A DNA stretch of 63,760 bases, counting the filler, from Rhabdomonas costata (taxonomy: Eukaryota), in assembly GCA_019059605.1 (NCBI GenBank). It is 52 parts of 52 records of this genome, joined end to end, with 100 filler letters (N's around TTAATTAATTAA, not from the genome) between each part and the next. Parts side by side here need not be neighbours in the genome. Positions count along the whole stretch, not along the records: positions 23,338 to 24,465 come from JAHMHO010027193.1; positions 24,566 to 25,693 come from JAHMHO010027194.1; positions 25,794 to 26,921 come from JAHMHO010027195.1; positions 27,022 to 28,151 come from JAHMHO010027196.1; positions 28,252 to 29,379 come from JAHMHO010027197.1; positions 29,480 to 30,607 come from JAHMHO010027198.1; positions 30,708 to 31,835 come from JAHMHO010027199.1; positions 31,936 to 33,063 come from JAHMHO010027200.1; 44 more parts are not named here. One strand, 5' to 3'. Both the position numbers and the translations under genes were made by a program. The notes beneath the pieces are model-generated. The model was not told the DNA's origin, did no database searches, and saw only the letters and a list, made by a program, of their open reading frames with translations. Positions 24,161 through 34,612 of the stretch are shown piece after piece (position 1 is the first letter of the stretch; every line of letters begins with the position of its first letter).

Positions 24161-27100
24161 GTCATCCGTATCCACACTGGTTTTCCTTGCCTTTCTGCTT
24201 CCGGTTTTTTTTTGTGCTGACTCCTGCTACTGCAAGAATTCCACGAGAACTCATCTCCCTCCTTCTTTTCCACAGGTCATGTTTGTGGCCAACCCTCAAC
24301 CCCTCACCTGTTTTCCCAACGCCATGTTACCATTTAATTTTAACAACTGTTTAACAACCATTTAACTTTACCAGTCTCGCCTCTTCCTGCGAGTCCAAAT
24401 GCTTTTACCGCTGACACACTTTGCTGGTCAAAATGTCGATTTTCGTCTCCGTTACACCAACCCACNNNNNNNNNNNNNNNNNNNNNNNNNNNNNNNNNNN
24501 NNNNNNNNNTTAATTAATTAANNNNNNNNNNNNNNNNNNNNNNNNNNNNNNNNNNNNNNNNNNNNTGTGGCGTGGAAAAGTCGATCTTTGCTTTGGGCTT
24601 GTGCAGGGAACTGCACCCAAAGCAAAGACCGACTTTTCCACGCCACATTTTTTCCCTTGATCTTTGCCTTGCCCCTTCCCCAGAGGTTGAATACTAAGAT
24701 TTCTGATTGGAGTCTTACTGTCAACTTTGAGAGAGCGAACATCTTCGCTTTTTCGGGCAAACAATTTCCACTCAACTAAAAAGAACTTGACACAATCCCA
24801 CACTTCCAAAAACTCCTTCTTTGCATGTGCAATTGAAGGAAAGAACAAACAATGCATTTAAATTTTCCGTTCATTTCCAGCACTCAACAACACTTGAAAG
24901 GGTGCGACCAAACAGCAAAACGCCGACCAGATGGAATTACTTGGATTCAATTAGACTTTCGAGCTCCCAACTTCAGGACTGCAAAAGTCTTTTCATCGAG
25001 AGCACGAAAGGACTGTGACCCCCAAGAAAAGTGCGAACCGGAGAAGTCACAGGAAAGCCTTCTGTCAAGTTTGATTTCGCAACTTGTCAGAAGAGCAGCA
25101 AAAATGCAGAAGCACAAACCGCACGACAGGTCGTGGTGCTGGCCATGACTTCGGAGAAGGTCAAGCCCTTCTCGCAGAGCGAGCGGCCCAACCCCAGGAA
25201 AACCTGCGTCAGCCCGCTGATCTCGCACAGACCCTGTGGCCCGACCGCGGCACGCAGCCGCAGCCCTGTGAGTAACCCGCTGACCTCCAGCCGCAGCTGA
25301 GCGGCGTACGCCCCGGCGCTCACCCCGGGGGTCTCCTCCTCTGCAAGGCAGAGCAGGCACAGCACCCGTCGCAGCGCCCGCTCGCAAGCCGAAGCCTCAA
25401 ACATCGCCGTCTCAAGGGGGACGGGAAAGACAGTATGATGGGAAGGAGGAAAGAAAGGGAGAAGGAAAAGGAAAAAGATCGCGTTTCGAGCCCACTCGGG
25501 AAAAGGCAGGGAGGGAGAATGCGGACGGCTCACAAAAAACAAAAGAAAGGAAAAAGAAAACAGTCTTCAATCAAAGGAAGATTGAAATTCCACAAATTGC
25601 CCCAAGTAAAGCATTCTCGAATTAATCACCCCGTCGGAATTCAACGATATCATCTTTCTAGGTGCAAAAACATGAACGAGGAAATTCCAAAACNNNNNNN
25701 NNNNNNNNNNNNNNNNNNNNNNNNNNNNNNNNNNNNNTTAATTAATTAANNNNNNNNNNNNNNNNNNNNNNNNNNNNNNNNNNNNNNNNNNNNGGGGTTT
25801 TGGCTTACTCTTTTGGGTGTACTATGGGTACGATATTCTTGTGCCTTTTACTGATGTAGTTGACGCGGAGGCATGAGATACTCACGCCTTTAACATCTCA
25901 GTTTGAGCCACATATGTAAACTTCAACCCTAAATCATGAAGCAATTGCAAACTACAATGTTATTATCATATTTATCTGAAAGTAGCAGCAAAAATAAATT
26001 CAAAAAATTTAAAAATAAAATCAAATTGCTAGAAACAAAGATAATAAGAAGATACACGACATAAATACATCTCTCTATTTTTCTGTATCAAATTCAGTGC
26101 AACCATGGAGAGCTCCAAAACACTGCACCAAAAAGCGCATTCCCATGAAGAAACGCTGTGAGAGGCGCTGGGCAGAACATCTGATGCCAATACAAAGACC
26201 CACTGGATACCGACAGAGAAAGTGTAGTGGGTGTGCCATGTGGACAGAAGGGACAGAATCAACAAATGTGCGGTAAGTGCTGTAGATTGCTTCAGGCGAT
26301 GCGTGCGTTGAATGTTGAATGTGGGTGTAAAATGGCTTAGAGCACATTCAAACAGAAGCTGTGCGTGTGTGGTTGCGCAGAAAATTGGCCATCACCCACC
26401 GCTCATAACTCTACTCGAGCAAGTGTTGCATGTGTTTTATGGTGTTTTCCAATTTTCCGCTCCTGTCAAAGGGGCTGTCAGCTGAACACCGTAAAACTTT
26501 TTGGTACAAAGACTGCTAAAACCTCAGTTCGAAAAATGGAGACATGAATCAGCCCCTTGCCATTAGGCAGATGGAGTCGCCCGTCCGCCAAAGTTCTGTT
26601 AGCATTGGGGGTTCTGCCGCTTTGCATTGCGCGCCGGTATGGTGGCGTGTGGAAAGAGTCATCGGTGTGTGCGTGTGCGTGCGGAATTCCCCCTGAAAGC
26701 CGCCTTGTTTAAAAGGGGGCAACAAGAGCGAACAAGCAGCGACACAATGGCGTAAGTTCAGCACATGGGAAAGAAAAAACGGAGGCCAAAGAAAGCCAGG
26801 AGCGCGGCAAGAAATTAGCGAGTTTGCGCCGGGCGGCGCAAAACCAAAGCGGCTTGGAAAAGAATTTCATCTTCATGAAAACAAGTTTGAAATACGCATC
26901 TTGCGGACACAAACCCCCACCNNNNNNNNNNNNNNNNNNNNNNNNNNNNNNNNNNNNNNNNNNNNTTAATTAATTAANNNNNNNNNNNNNNNNNNNNNNN
27001 NNNNNNNNNNNNNNNNNNNNNGTGGGTTGGTCAGCTTTGCAAGTCTTCTTGACGCGGAAATGTCCTCGTCAAGAAGACTTGCAAAGCTGACCTGTCCCAA

Positions 27101-27647
27101 TCAAATGTCAAATGTCAAATGTCAAATGGACAGTTGTAAAGTTCGCCCCATGAATTGCTGTCTGATCCCAAAATAGCGACCGTTGGGACGCCCATCATAA
27201 AAATCTGCCGCAGAATCCGCGGAACCGTGATGAGACCAAGGTTATCTGAAGGAATATGCATGGGTACTGTAGAGCGCGCAGCGGAGGCTGGCCGAAAGGC
27301 AACAACCGCATTGCTCAATCTTCTATTCCACCCTCAAGGTGAGCGCAGTGTCAGGTTCAGCACACTCCGCAAAGGGATTCAAAGCTCAACGTCTTCTTCA
27401 TGGAAGGATTCGTGTCCTACACGAATGTCAGCTGAGAAAACACTAACATTGATACCTGAGTTTGAAGCAAATACTACCTCTTATCTTAGTAATCTCCACC
27501 AACAATCCGATGCTGTGAGGCGAGCATCTCTCATTTGTCAGTGTATCAAAAGCAGAAGGTTTTATTCCCAATGGGCCAGCAGTTCTGGATATAGAGAGGT
27601 GCGATGTCACGCAGTGGAGGCAGCCGCCAGATAGGAACGTTAGTCAC

Positions 27648-27889
27648 CTGTCCAGCCGGTGCACGGGCCATAGGCGGCCCAGCCCGGACTCCGGGCCGAT
27701 GCGGTGCAGCACGGTGTTGTTGGGGTACCTCCCGCAGGGGTGCACGGGCACCGACGGGGGCTTGTCGATGACCACCAGGCGCTCGTCCTGGTGCACCACG
27801 GACAAGGGAAGGTCCAGGGTGGGCTTCTCATGGCGGTGCAGCACATGGCTCACTGTGTCCCCACACGCCAGGATCTCCGAGGATGAAAC
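27648..27889 (-). CDS. RluA-family (RIB2/PUS9/RPUSD2-like) pseudouridine synthase exon
   Basis: HRHE.P...VVIDKPPSVPVHPCGRY..NT...PVHRLDR, with the catalytic HRLD motif. Confidence 0.9.
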
Positions 27890-28626
27890 CTGCCGATTTT
27901 TTTTTTGCCAGAGGTTCACCAAACGGCGAAAAGGCGATGCCCTGCCCCACCCCAGCGCCTCGCCTCCGCCGCACTCCGCGGTGCTTCAAAAATGGTTCTT
28001 TGAGAAGGTCACCTTTGCTTTCACCACAGCAAAACCCAATGGAAAAAAGAACTTCACTTCAAGAAAACGGCAACCGAAAAATTGATTACACTCATTAATT
28101 AGTAAAATTGCCCCTTGCTCAGAACAGACTCAGGACGCATTCACCCAAAAANNNNNNNNNNNNNNNNNNNNNNNNNNNNNNNNNNNNNNNNNNNNTTAAT
28201 TAATTAANNNNNNNNNNNNNNNNNNNNNNNNNNNNNNNNNNNNNNNNNNNNCGTTGTCGGAAGTATTTTTTGTTGGGCGGAAGTCTCCTGATTTCGAGGC
28301 ACGGCTGTCATTGCGAGACAAAGGCCGGGACATGTGGGGCAGAAGCAAAGTTGCTGTATGTAGGTGAACGGCGGTGAGCCGGTTACTCCACGGTAGCGTG
28401 CGCCGGTGCCTCTCCCGAGCATCTGTTGCCAACAGCACGTGGGTTCCGTATTGAGGCACCAGCACACATGGGTCTTTCATGAAACCTTTTCCTTCCCTCT
28501 GACTTCCGCGCCGGACAACCCAACCCAGGCTCTGGTGTGGTTGGTGTCCCATGCCGTTGCCTTGCTGACGTCATGTCTGCATTTTTTGTGTCTGGCGCGG
28601 GCGGAATACCATTCTTGGACGCAAAG

Positions 28627-29000
28627 GTGGCTCGGGTGGTGGCGGGGGTGTGCTGCACCTCCCGCCGGAGCTCAGCCACCTGGTGGACTTGAACCCCCGG
28701 GTACTGGAGCCCCCTCCCGCAGGCGCGAAGTTCCACGTGATCAAGAGCTACTCGGAGGACGACATCCACAAGTCGATTAAGTACAGCGTGTGGGCGTCGA
28801 CGGAGAGCGGCAACCGACGCCTGGCACAGGCCTGGAGGGAAGCCGGGGCGCTGAAGGCCCCGGTGTGGCTGTTCTTCAGCGTCAACAGCAGTGGGCAGTT
28901 CTGTGGGGCAGCGCAGATGACCTCCGCGATTGATGTCAAGGAGAAGCTTGACTGCTGGGCGGACAACTTCAAGTGGAGCGGGAAGTTCTCCGTGAAGTGG
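28627..29000 (+). CDS. YTH domain (YTHDF/ECT-type) m6A reader exon
   Basis: KFHVIKSYSEDDIHKSIKYSVWAST..GNRRL...LFFSVNSSGQFCGAAQM...W....KWSGKFSVKW|gt. Confidence 0.95.
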
Positions 29001-31090
29001 GTGCGTCTGTGTGTGACAGGACGAGTACGAGGGGATGGGCTAGAACCCAGCGAACAAAGTGTTGAGGTCAGCCTTGCAGCTCAATCCCAAGATACAGCGA
29101 AGCTGACGAGATCTGCGAACGCTGTAGAGAGCAGCAGATACGGATTCAAAAAGGTCCAGAAGTCCCGTACGCCACGAGCGCTAGGGGCGGCACACGGTGG
29201 GACTCACCATGGTCAGAAGGAAACGGCCCGGGGATTCCAGGAAGAAGCGTTGAAGCGAGGTCTCGAGAAGCAAACATAGCAGCGCAAGCCCTGAGGGTTG
29301 GAGCTCCTTAGAACCGATTTTTGATGCGCCAATGCTGAAGAAGTTCCGCCCGAGCAGCAGAGGAGCGATCCACACCAACNNNNNNNNNNNNNNNNNNNNN
29401 NNNNNNNNNNNNNNNNNNNNNNNTTAATTAATTAANNNNNNNNNNNNNNNNNNNNNNNNNNNNNNNNNNNNNNNNNNNNTTTTTTTGTGTTAGCATTTTT
29501 CGGATGCTATGTTCGACAAACGATGAAAGTTCATGGAAATTCGAAAGATTTGCATCGAATTTTCGGGTTCCCAAGGCTTTTCGGGCTTCTGAATCGCCCC
29601 GATGGTTGGAGGCTCAGGCAAGAGTCGCTGCAAAATATTAATTTATGGAAATAGGGACCACAAATTGAGTGCAGGTGTACCCTTAACAGACAAACAGGGG
29701 TTTGCACATGCAGTGGAACACTACTGGAATTGCGCGTTGGGTTTGGGGAACCTGCTAACTTAGAATGAAGGGAATGACTTCCTGTTAACATGGCAAGACA
29801 CATGGCCCCAACAAGGTGACATGGCATCCAAAGCGTTGCCCTGGGGTAAAGGCAGCAACCTTCATGCGCGAGAGGCGGTCCAAGGCAACGCGTGCACAAG
29901 CAGCTCGGCCAGGGGGTTCGCCAGGGGAATCTCTCTGGCGGTGAAGGGCTGGAATCGAGGACGTCAACGTCGCACAACTCAAATATGCCCTGCGAGGGCG
30001 GTCAACCAAAAAGGCTTCTAAGTGTCTGTTAAGTGCACATTTTCCGAACGCTACGCTTCCAGAAATCACCGATTGGTACTGATGGAGACGGGGGACGATG
30101 GTGGTAAGTCCTGGGTGCCCCGTGTTCGGCTGCCTGTTCCAAAGAACAGAAAACAGCACAGCGCAATACGTCCCTTAAAAATTTCCCACAGACATTGGGC
30201 GTCAGACACGATAGGGAAATAGCAACGGACCGCCACCGGATCCGCAGCTGCACACACATGCTGCTCCGACTCTCCCAAACCTCGGCCCAGGTCGGCGTTC
30301 ACTTTGGCCATCCCACAAGCAGAGAGGCACCACAGCAGCTCGGCTTCCTCGGTGCCCAGTGGGCGGTCTAGGGCTAGGGCAAACAAGGCGGAGACTTCCG
30401 GGTGCGGCCATCGCGTCCAGGTCCTGGCCGTCAGCACGTGTCCCTAACAGGCAAATAGCAACAGAGAGGCTGTAATGTACAATGCAAGACGGATTGGAGG
30501 ACTAAGTTGAGAGGGAAATCAGGTCAAGGAACCTGAGCGGCACCGAAGAAAAGAAGGTACTTTCTTGTTATCCGCCCCCCATTTTCCTGTTATCTGCCCC
30601 CCCCCACNNNNNNNNNNNNNNNNNNNNNNNNNNNNNNNNNNNNNNNNNNNNTTAATTAATTAANNNNNNNNNNNNNNNNNNNNNNNNNNNNNNNNNNNNN
30701 NNNNNNNGGTGGGTGGTGTATGCTCGTATACTCGCTTTCCCATTTCTCTCCTTCGATTTCTGTATCCTTGCCGTCCCCTGGGGATGACCCTCAACTTCCT
30801 GGGCTACGGAAATCAGAAGCCAGTGCGACGAAAGTCACTGCATTGAGCAGATGCACCACGCTCCATTGTACGCGCTAAACGATAAGCGAAAAAAAGGTGG
30901 TAAAGCCGCCATATGTGCGGATAGTTGCTTGTCAAGCCCACAGGGGACGGCAAGGATACAGAAATCGAAGGAGAGAAATGGGAAAGCGAGTATACGAGCA
31001 TACACCAGTATCGAAATCCAGGGTACAAACCTATTTCCCACACAACTGTTTCCAAGGCATATCTTGTTTGACTTTGGGATATCTCACCCA

Positions 31091-31835
31091 TTAGTTCACA
31101 TAAGCCGACGAGTTGTATGGCGGGTCAGAGTAGAAGAAGGGCAGGTCGTACAGAGCCGCTCGGGAGGAGTGCAAAGGCCCCTTAGAGTATCCCACGGCCT
31201 CAAGCCACCACTGGGGATAGCCCGGCATCGTTAACTCCCCTGCAAGAAGAAGAATATAAACGATATTTGCAGGCAAAAAGACGACAAGAATTGGGGCAAT
31301 AGCCAGTTAAGTTAGACGAAAAGCGTACCTATTGCTGGACCGGTGCCGAAACGAAGGCACCTGTGAACTTTCCAGAGCTAGTACTTCCGATGGACAAAAA
31401 GGGACAATGCAATGGAACCGAGAAAAGGAACCTCCGGCGCAAAAAAAAAAGATGAAAGCATTATAAAAGGTCCGACGCAAGAACACAGAACACAGCAACA
31501 ATCCACTCTCTGAGACTCGTCGGGACACCTTACCCATGGGCATCTAGAACGAAAAAAAAAAGAAAGAAAACTGAAGCCGTGCCACCACAAAGACAACTGC
31601 AAATTTAGCAACGCAAGCACCTCCAAATCCATAAATCCCATGGCATACTGAAAATGAGTGCAATTGAGAACGACATTCAGGTCAGCTGACGGGGAAAACC
31701 CAATGCAAAAATCCCAGCAACCTTGGTCGTCAAGAACGTAGCCGTCGCCGTACTTCACAAGCAAAGTATCCGCCAGGTCGTGCCATGCTCGCAGGTGCTC
31801 CGCCCCCACCGCCTCCATCACCTTCCCCAACCAAC
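31091..31835 (-). CDS. Peptidase C69 (dipeptidase)-like C-terminus; exons 31835-31722 and 31239-31091
   Basis: AWHDLADTLLVKYGDGY...|GELTMPGYPQWWLEAVGY; phase-1 GT-AG intron joins in frame. Confidence 0.65.
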
Positions 31836-32456
31836 NNNNNNNNNNNNNNNNNNNNNNNNNNNNNNNNNNNNNNNNNNNNTTAATTAATTAANNNNNNNNN
31901 NNNNNNNNNNNNNNNNNNNNNNNNNNNNNNNNNNNTGTTTTTTTGCGAGCTTGCTCGAAACGTTACCTGGGAAAAGAAACCCGCAAAGTGAGGAACCCGC
32001 CAAGGCGGTCAATATTAGCGCTCCCAACATCACAACACAAACCGCCCCGTAAAAAAACGTTCACGCCTTTGACAGTGAGATTTTCAATAGCTCAGGCAGC
32101 CTGAGCCAATTGACCAAAAGGGGTAGTTTCAGACCACACAAATTACGGGAGCGACTACAATATCCAAAACTCGTAATTCTTCTATTTTTCAATCGAAAAA
32201 TTTACAATTACGTAAAATTCAACAAACTCATGTAACTTGCAGCGAAGATCCCTGTTGTACGTTCAGAATGATTATATATAAAGTGCAATACAAATTGCAT
32301 GCTGAATCGAAAGCCGATCTGCATTCCTGCGCAAAAGGGCACATCGCGCACACTTTCGGGACACCGGCGTAAATACAGGAAAAAAGTAAAAGCACATGGT
32401 CATTTCAATGCGCACTTTCCGCAATCGGCCAAAAATGGAAAAGGGGGCTCCTCAGC

Positions 32457-32808
32457 TCAAAACATTTCCGCAGTGAGCTGGCGAGAGAAGTCATCGGCGT
32501 TCTCCGCCTGAACATTGTACGCAGAAAGGACGTCTTGGACACGTCCCCCCACACAGCCACTGCGCAGGTCCTCGATCCGCCGCAGTAGGCCCAGCCTTTT
32601 CCCCACACGAAAGGTGAGCTGGTCTTCCGCAGAGAGAGCCAGGAAGGCGTCGATCTCCCCCAGTAGCCGGTCCCTGTCCTGAGGCAGCTGCCCGTACAGG
32701 TCAAGCAGGTTGCAGCAGTGGTCACTCTTCAAAATGGAGGTCACCCGAGAGTCCAGATGCAGCAGAAGCTGGCGAATCTCCTGAACCTTTTCCACTTCAG
32801 ACAAGTCC
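32457..32808 (-). CDS. Terminal exon resembling the C-terminus of a bacterial-type radical SAM protein
   Basis: EIRQLLLHLD..TSILKSDHCCNLLDLYGQLPQDRDRLLGEIDAFLAL..EDQLTFRVGKRLG (SDH..NL...G.LP.D...l...ID pattern); upstream sequence is low-complexity and ends in cag. Confidence 0.6.
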
Positions 32809-33714
32809 CTGAGCCCAAACCCCTTCCTCCCACAACCCCATTTTTCTTTCTTCTTCTTTTTTACTCTTTAGTTTGCCTTTCTCCCATCTCCCTCCTTCGC
32901 TGCAACCTTTCCGACACCATTTGGAGTTGTACAGTACCTGTACAGGAGCAGTGCAGTAACACAATGCACACAGTAGACCAAGTCACCTATCGTCAATGGA
33001 CATTATAACGTTACGACAACTACACAAAAAAATGCGGACCAAACTTGGCGTTCCCCCCCCCACNNNNNNNNNNNNNNNNNNNNNNNNNNNNNNNNNNNNN
33101 NNNNNNNTTAATTAATTAANNNNNNNNNNNNNNNNNNNNNNNNNNNNNNNNNNNNNNNNNNNNGGGTGGTTGTTGACTATTCACAGGTAGGATGGAAGGT
33201 AAAGGTCGCGTTCAGGGAGGGAGGACAGAAGGAAAACGAAGGGGGTCGGGGCGGTGGGAGACGCAGGAAACGAGGGAGCGTGGTAAGAATTTGGCCCTGC
33301 GGCAGAGCGCAGCATGCATAGCGAACAGACAGGAAAGGTAAAGGCAACAAAAAAACCATTTGAGAAATTTGTTTTGGAAATTACACTCACCCACCCTGTC
33401 TTAGCACCTATGATCATGGGAAAACTGGCCATGCCGCGGGCTGGCCTGCACCAAAAAAATTCGATCCCCTGCAGCGATATCTTCATGAAATAATTGTGAA
33501 CCCGGTGTCAATTTCGAGACTCAAATCTTGCTCGGTCCAGAATTCTTCAATCTTCATCCAAAAGACGATAGTGAGGGGAAAGACGATAATAGGCATTTTT
33601 ATAGTAAACATTATCGACTCTTCCTGGTCTCCTCGTCTTTTAAAAGGTGATTTTCGCCATTTTGACCAAGGGAATTAAAATCCACAAGTGAACAAGCCAA
33701 CAAACGCCGCGCAC

Positions 33715-33904
33715 CTCATGGGCCAAGCTGGAGACGCACCCCGCCTTGGCTTTGAGGTGGGCATTGTCCCGCTCCAGTTCCGCCAGCCGGCGCTTGCTCA
33801 TGAACACCTGAGACCCGGCGCACTCCAGCCCCGCGCCTCGTCCACGCGAACACAGCAGACCCAGAGCGAGGAAGGCAGGCACCACAGCTTGCACAATGAG
33901 TGCC
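33715..33904 (-). CDS. Sensor histidine kinase: TM helix, coiled coil and start of the H-box
   Basis: ALIVQAVVPAFLALGLL...RRLAELERDNAHLKAKAGCVSSLAHE|gtgcgc, compare the HisKA consensus AKSxFlAxmSHEiR. Confidence 0.6.
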
Positions 33905-34391
33905 CTGTGTGCGATGGAAGCCGGACAGCGAGCATTGCATGCCAAGCACCTTCTGTGCCTACACTCCGTGACTCTCCAGCATCTGGGCCTTGCGTATACG
34001 GCTGTTTCCGACCCCAACTGCACAACCCCAGTCAACACACAAACCCATTTCACACTATCTCACTCCACACAAATTCCAGCAATCATCTATAGTTTTTGTG
34101 GCCACCTTTTTGCCCTCTCGCTTCCCTCTCCCACATTCCCACCGACACATGGACCCTGCTGAAACCCCCCCCTGGGTCCAAACTCTCATGACCCAGTTGA
34201 CCCAACAATCCCAGCAAGTGGCTTCACTTGCTGGGCAACTCCAACACCTACAGGCGCAGTTCGCCTCCTTTTCTTTGGGTGCCCCAGCCCTNNNNNNNNN
34301 NNNNNNNNNNNNNNNNNNNNNNNNNNNNNNNNNNNTTAATTAATTAANNNNNNNNNNNNNNNNNNNNNNNNNNNNNNNNNNNNNNNNNNNN

Positions 34392-34612
34392 TGTGGTGGG
34401 TGCTTTACATCTGCGCCGGTGTCGGTCTGGCCGGTGTCCTGGGTACTCTTCTGGTGCCGCGGTACACCGCGAACCAGCTGGAGGGGATTAAGGCGGCGCA
34501 GTTCCAACGGTTCGAGACCGTTTTGCGGGACAGGAGGTCCTCAATGATCCAAGTGACGAGCTCCCGGGATGACGTCTACAACGCCAACGCCAGCGATGAC
34601 CTCAATCTCTGA
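34392..34612 (+). CDS. C-terminus of a membrane protein (transporter-like)
   Basis: TM segment VLYICAGVGLAGVLGTLLVP, then a hydrophilic tail and stop. Confidence 0.45.
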
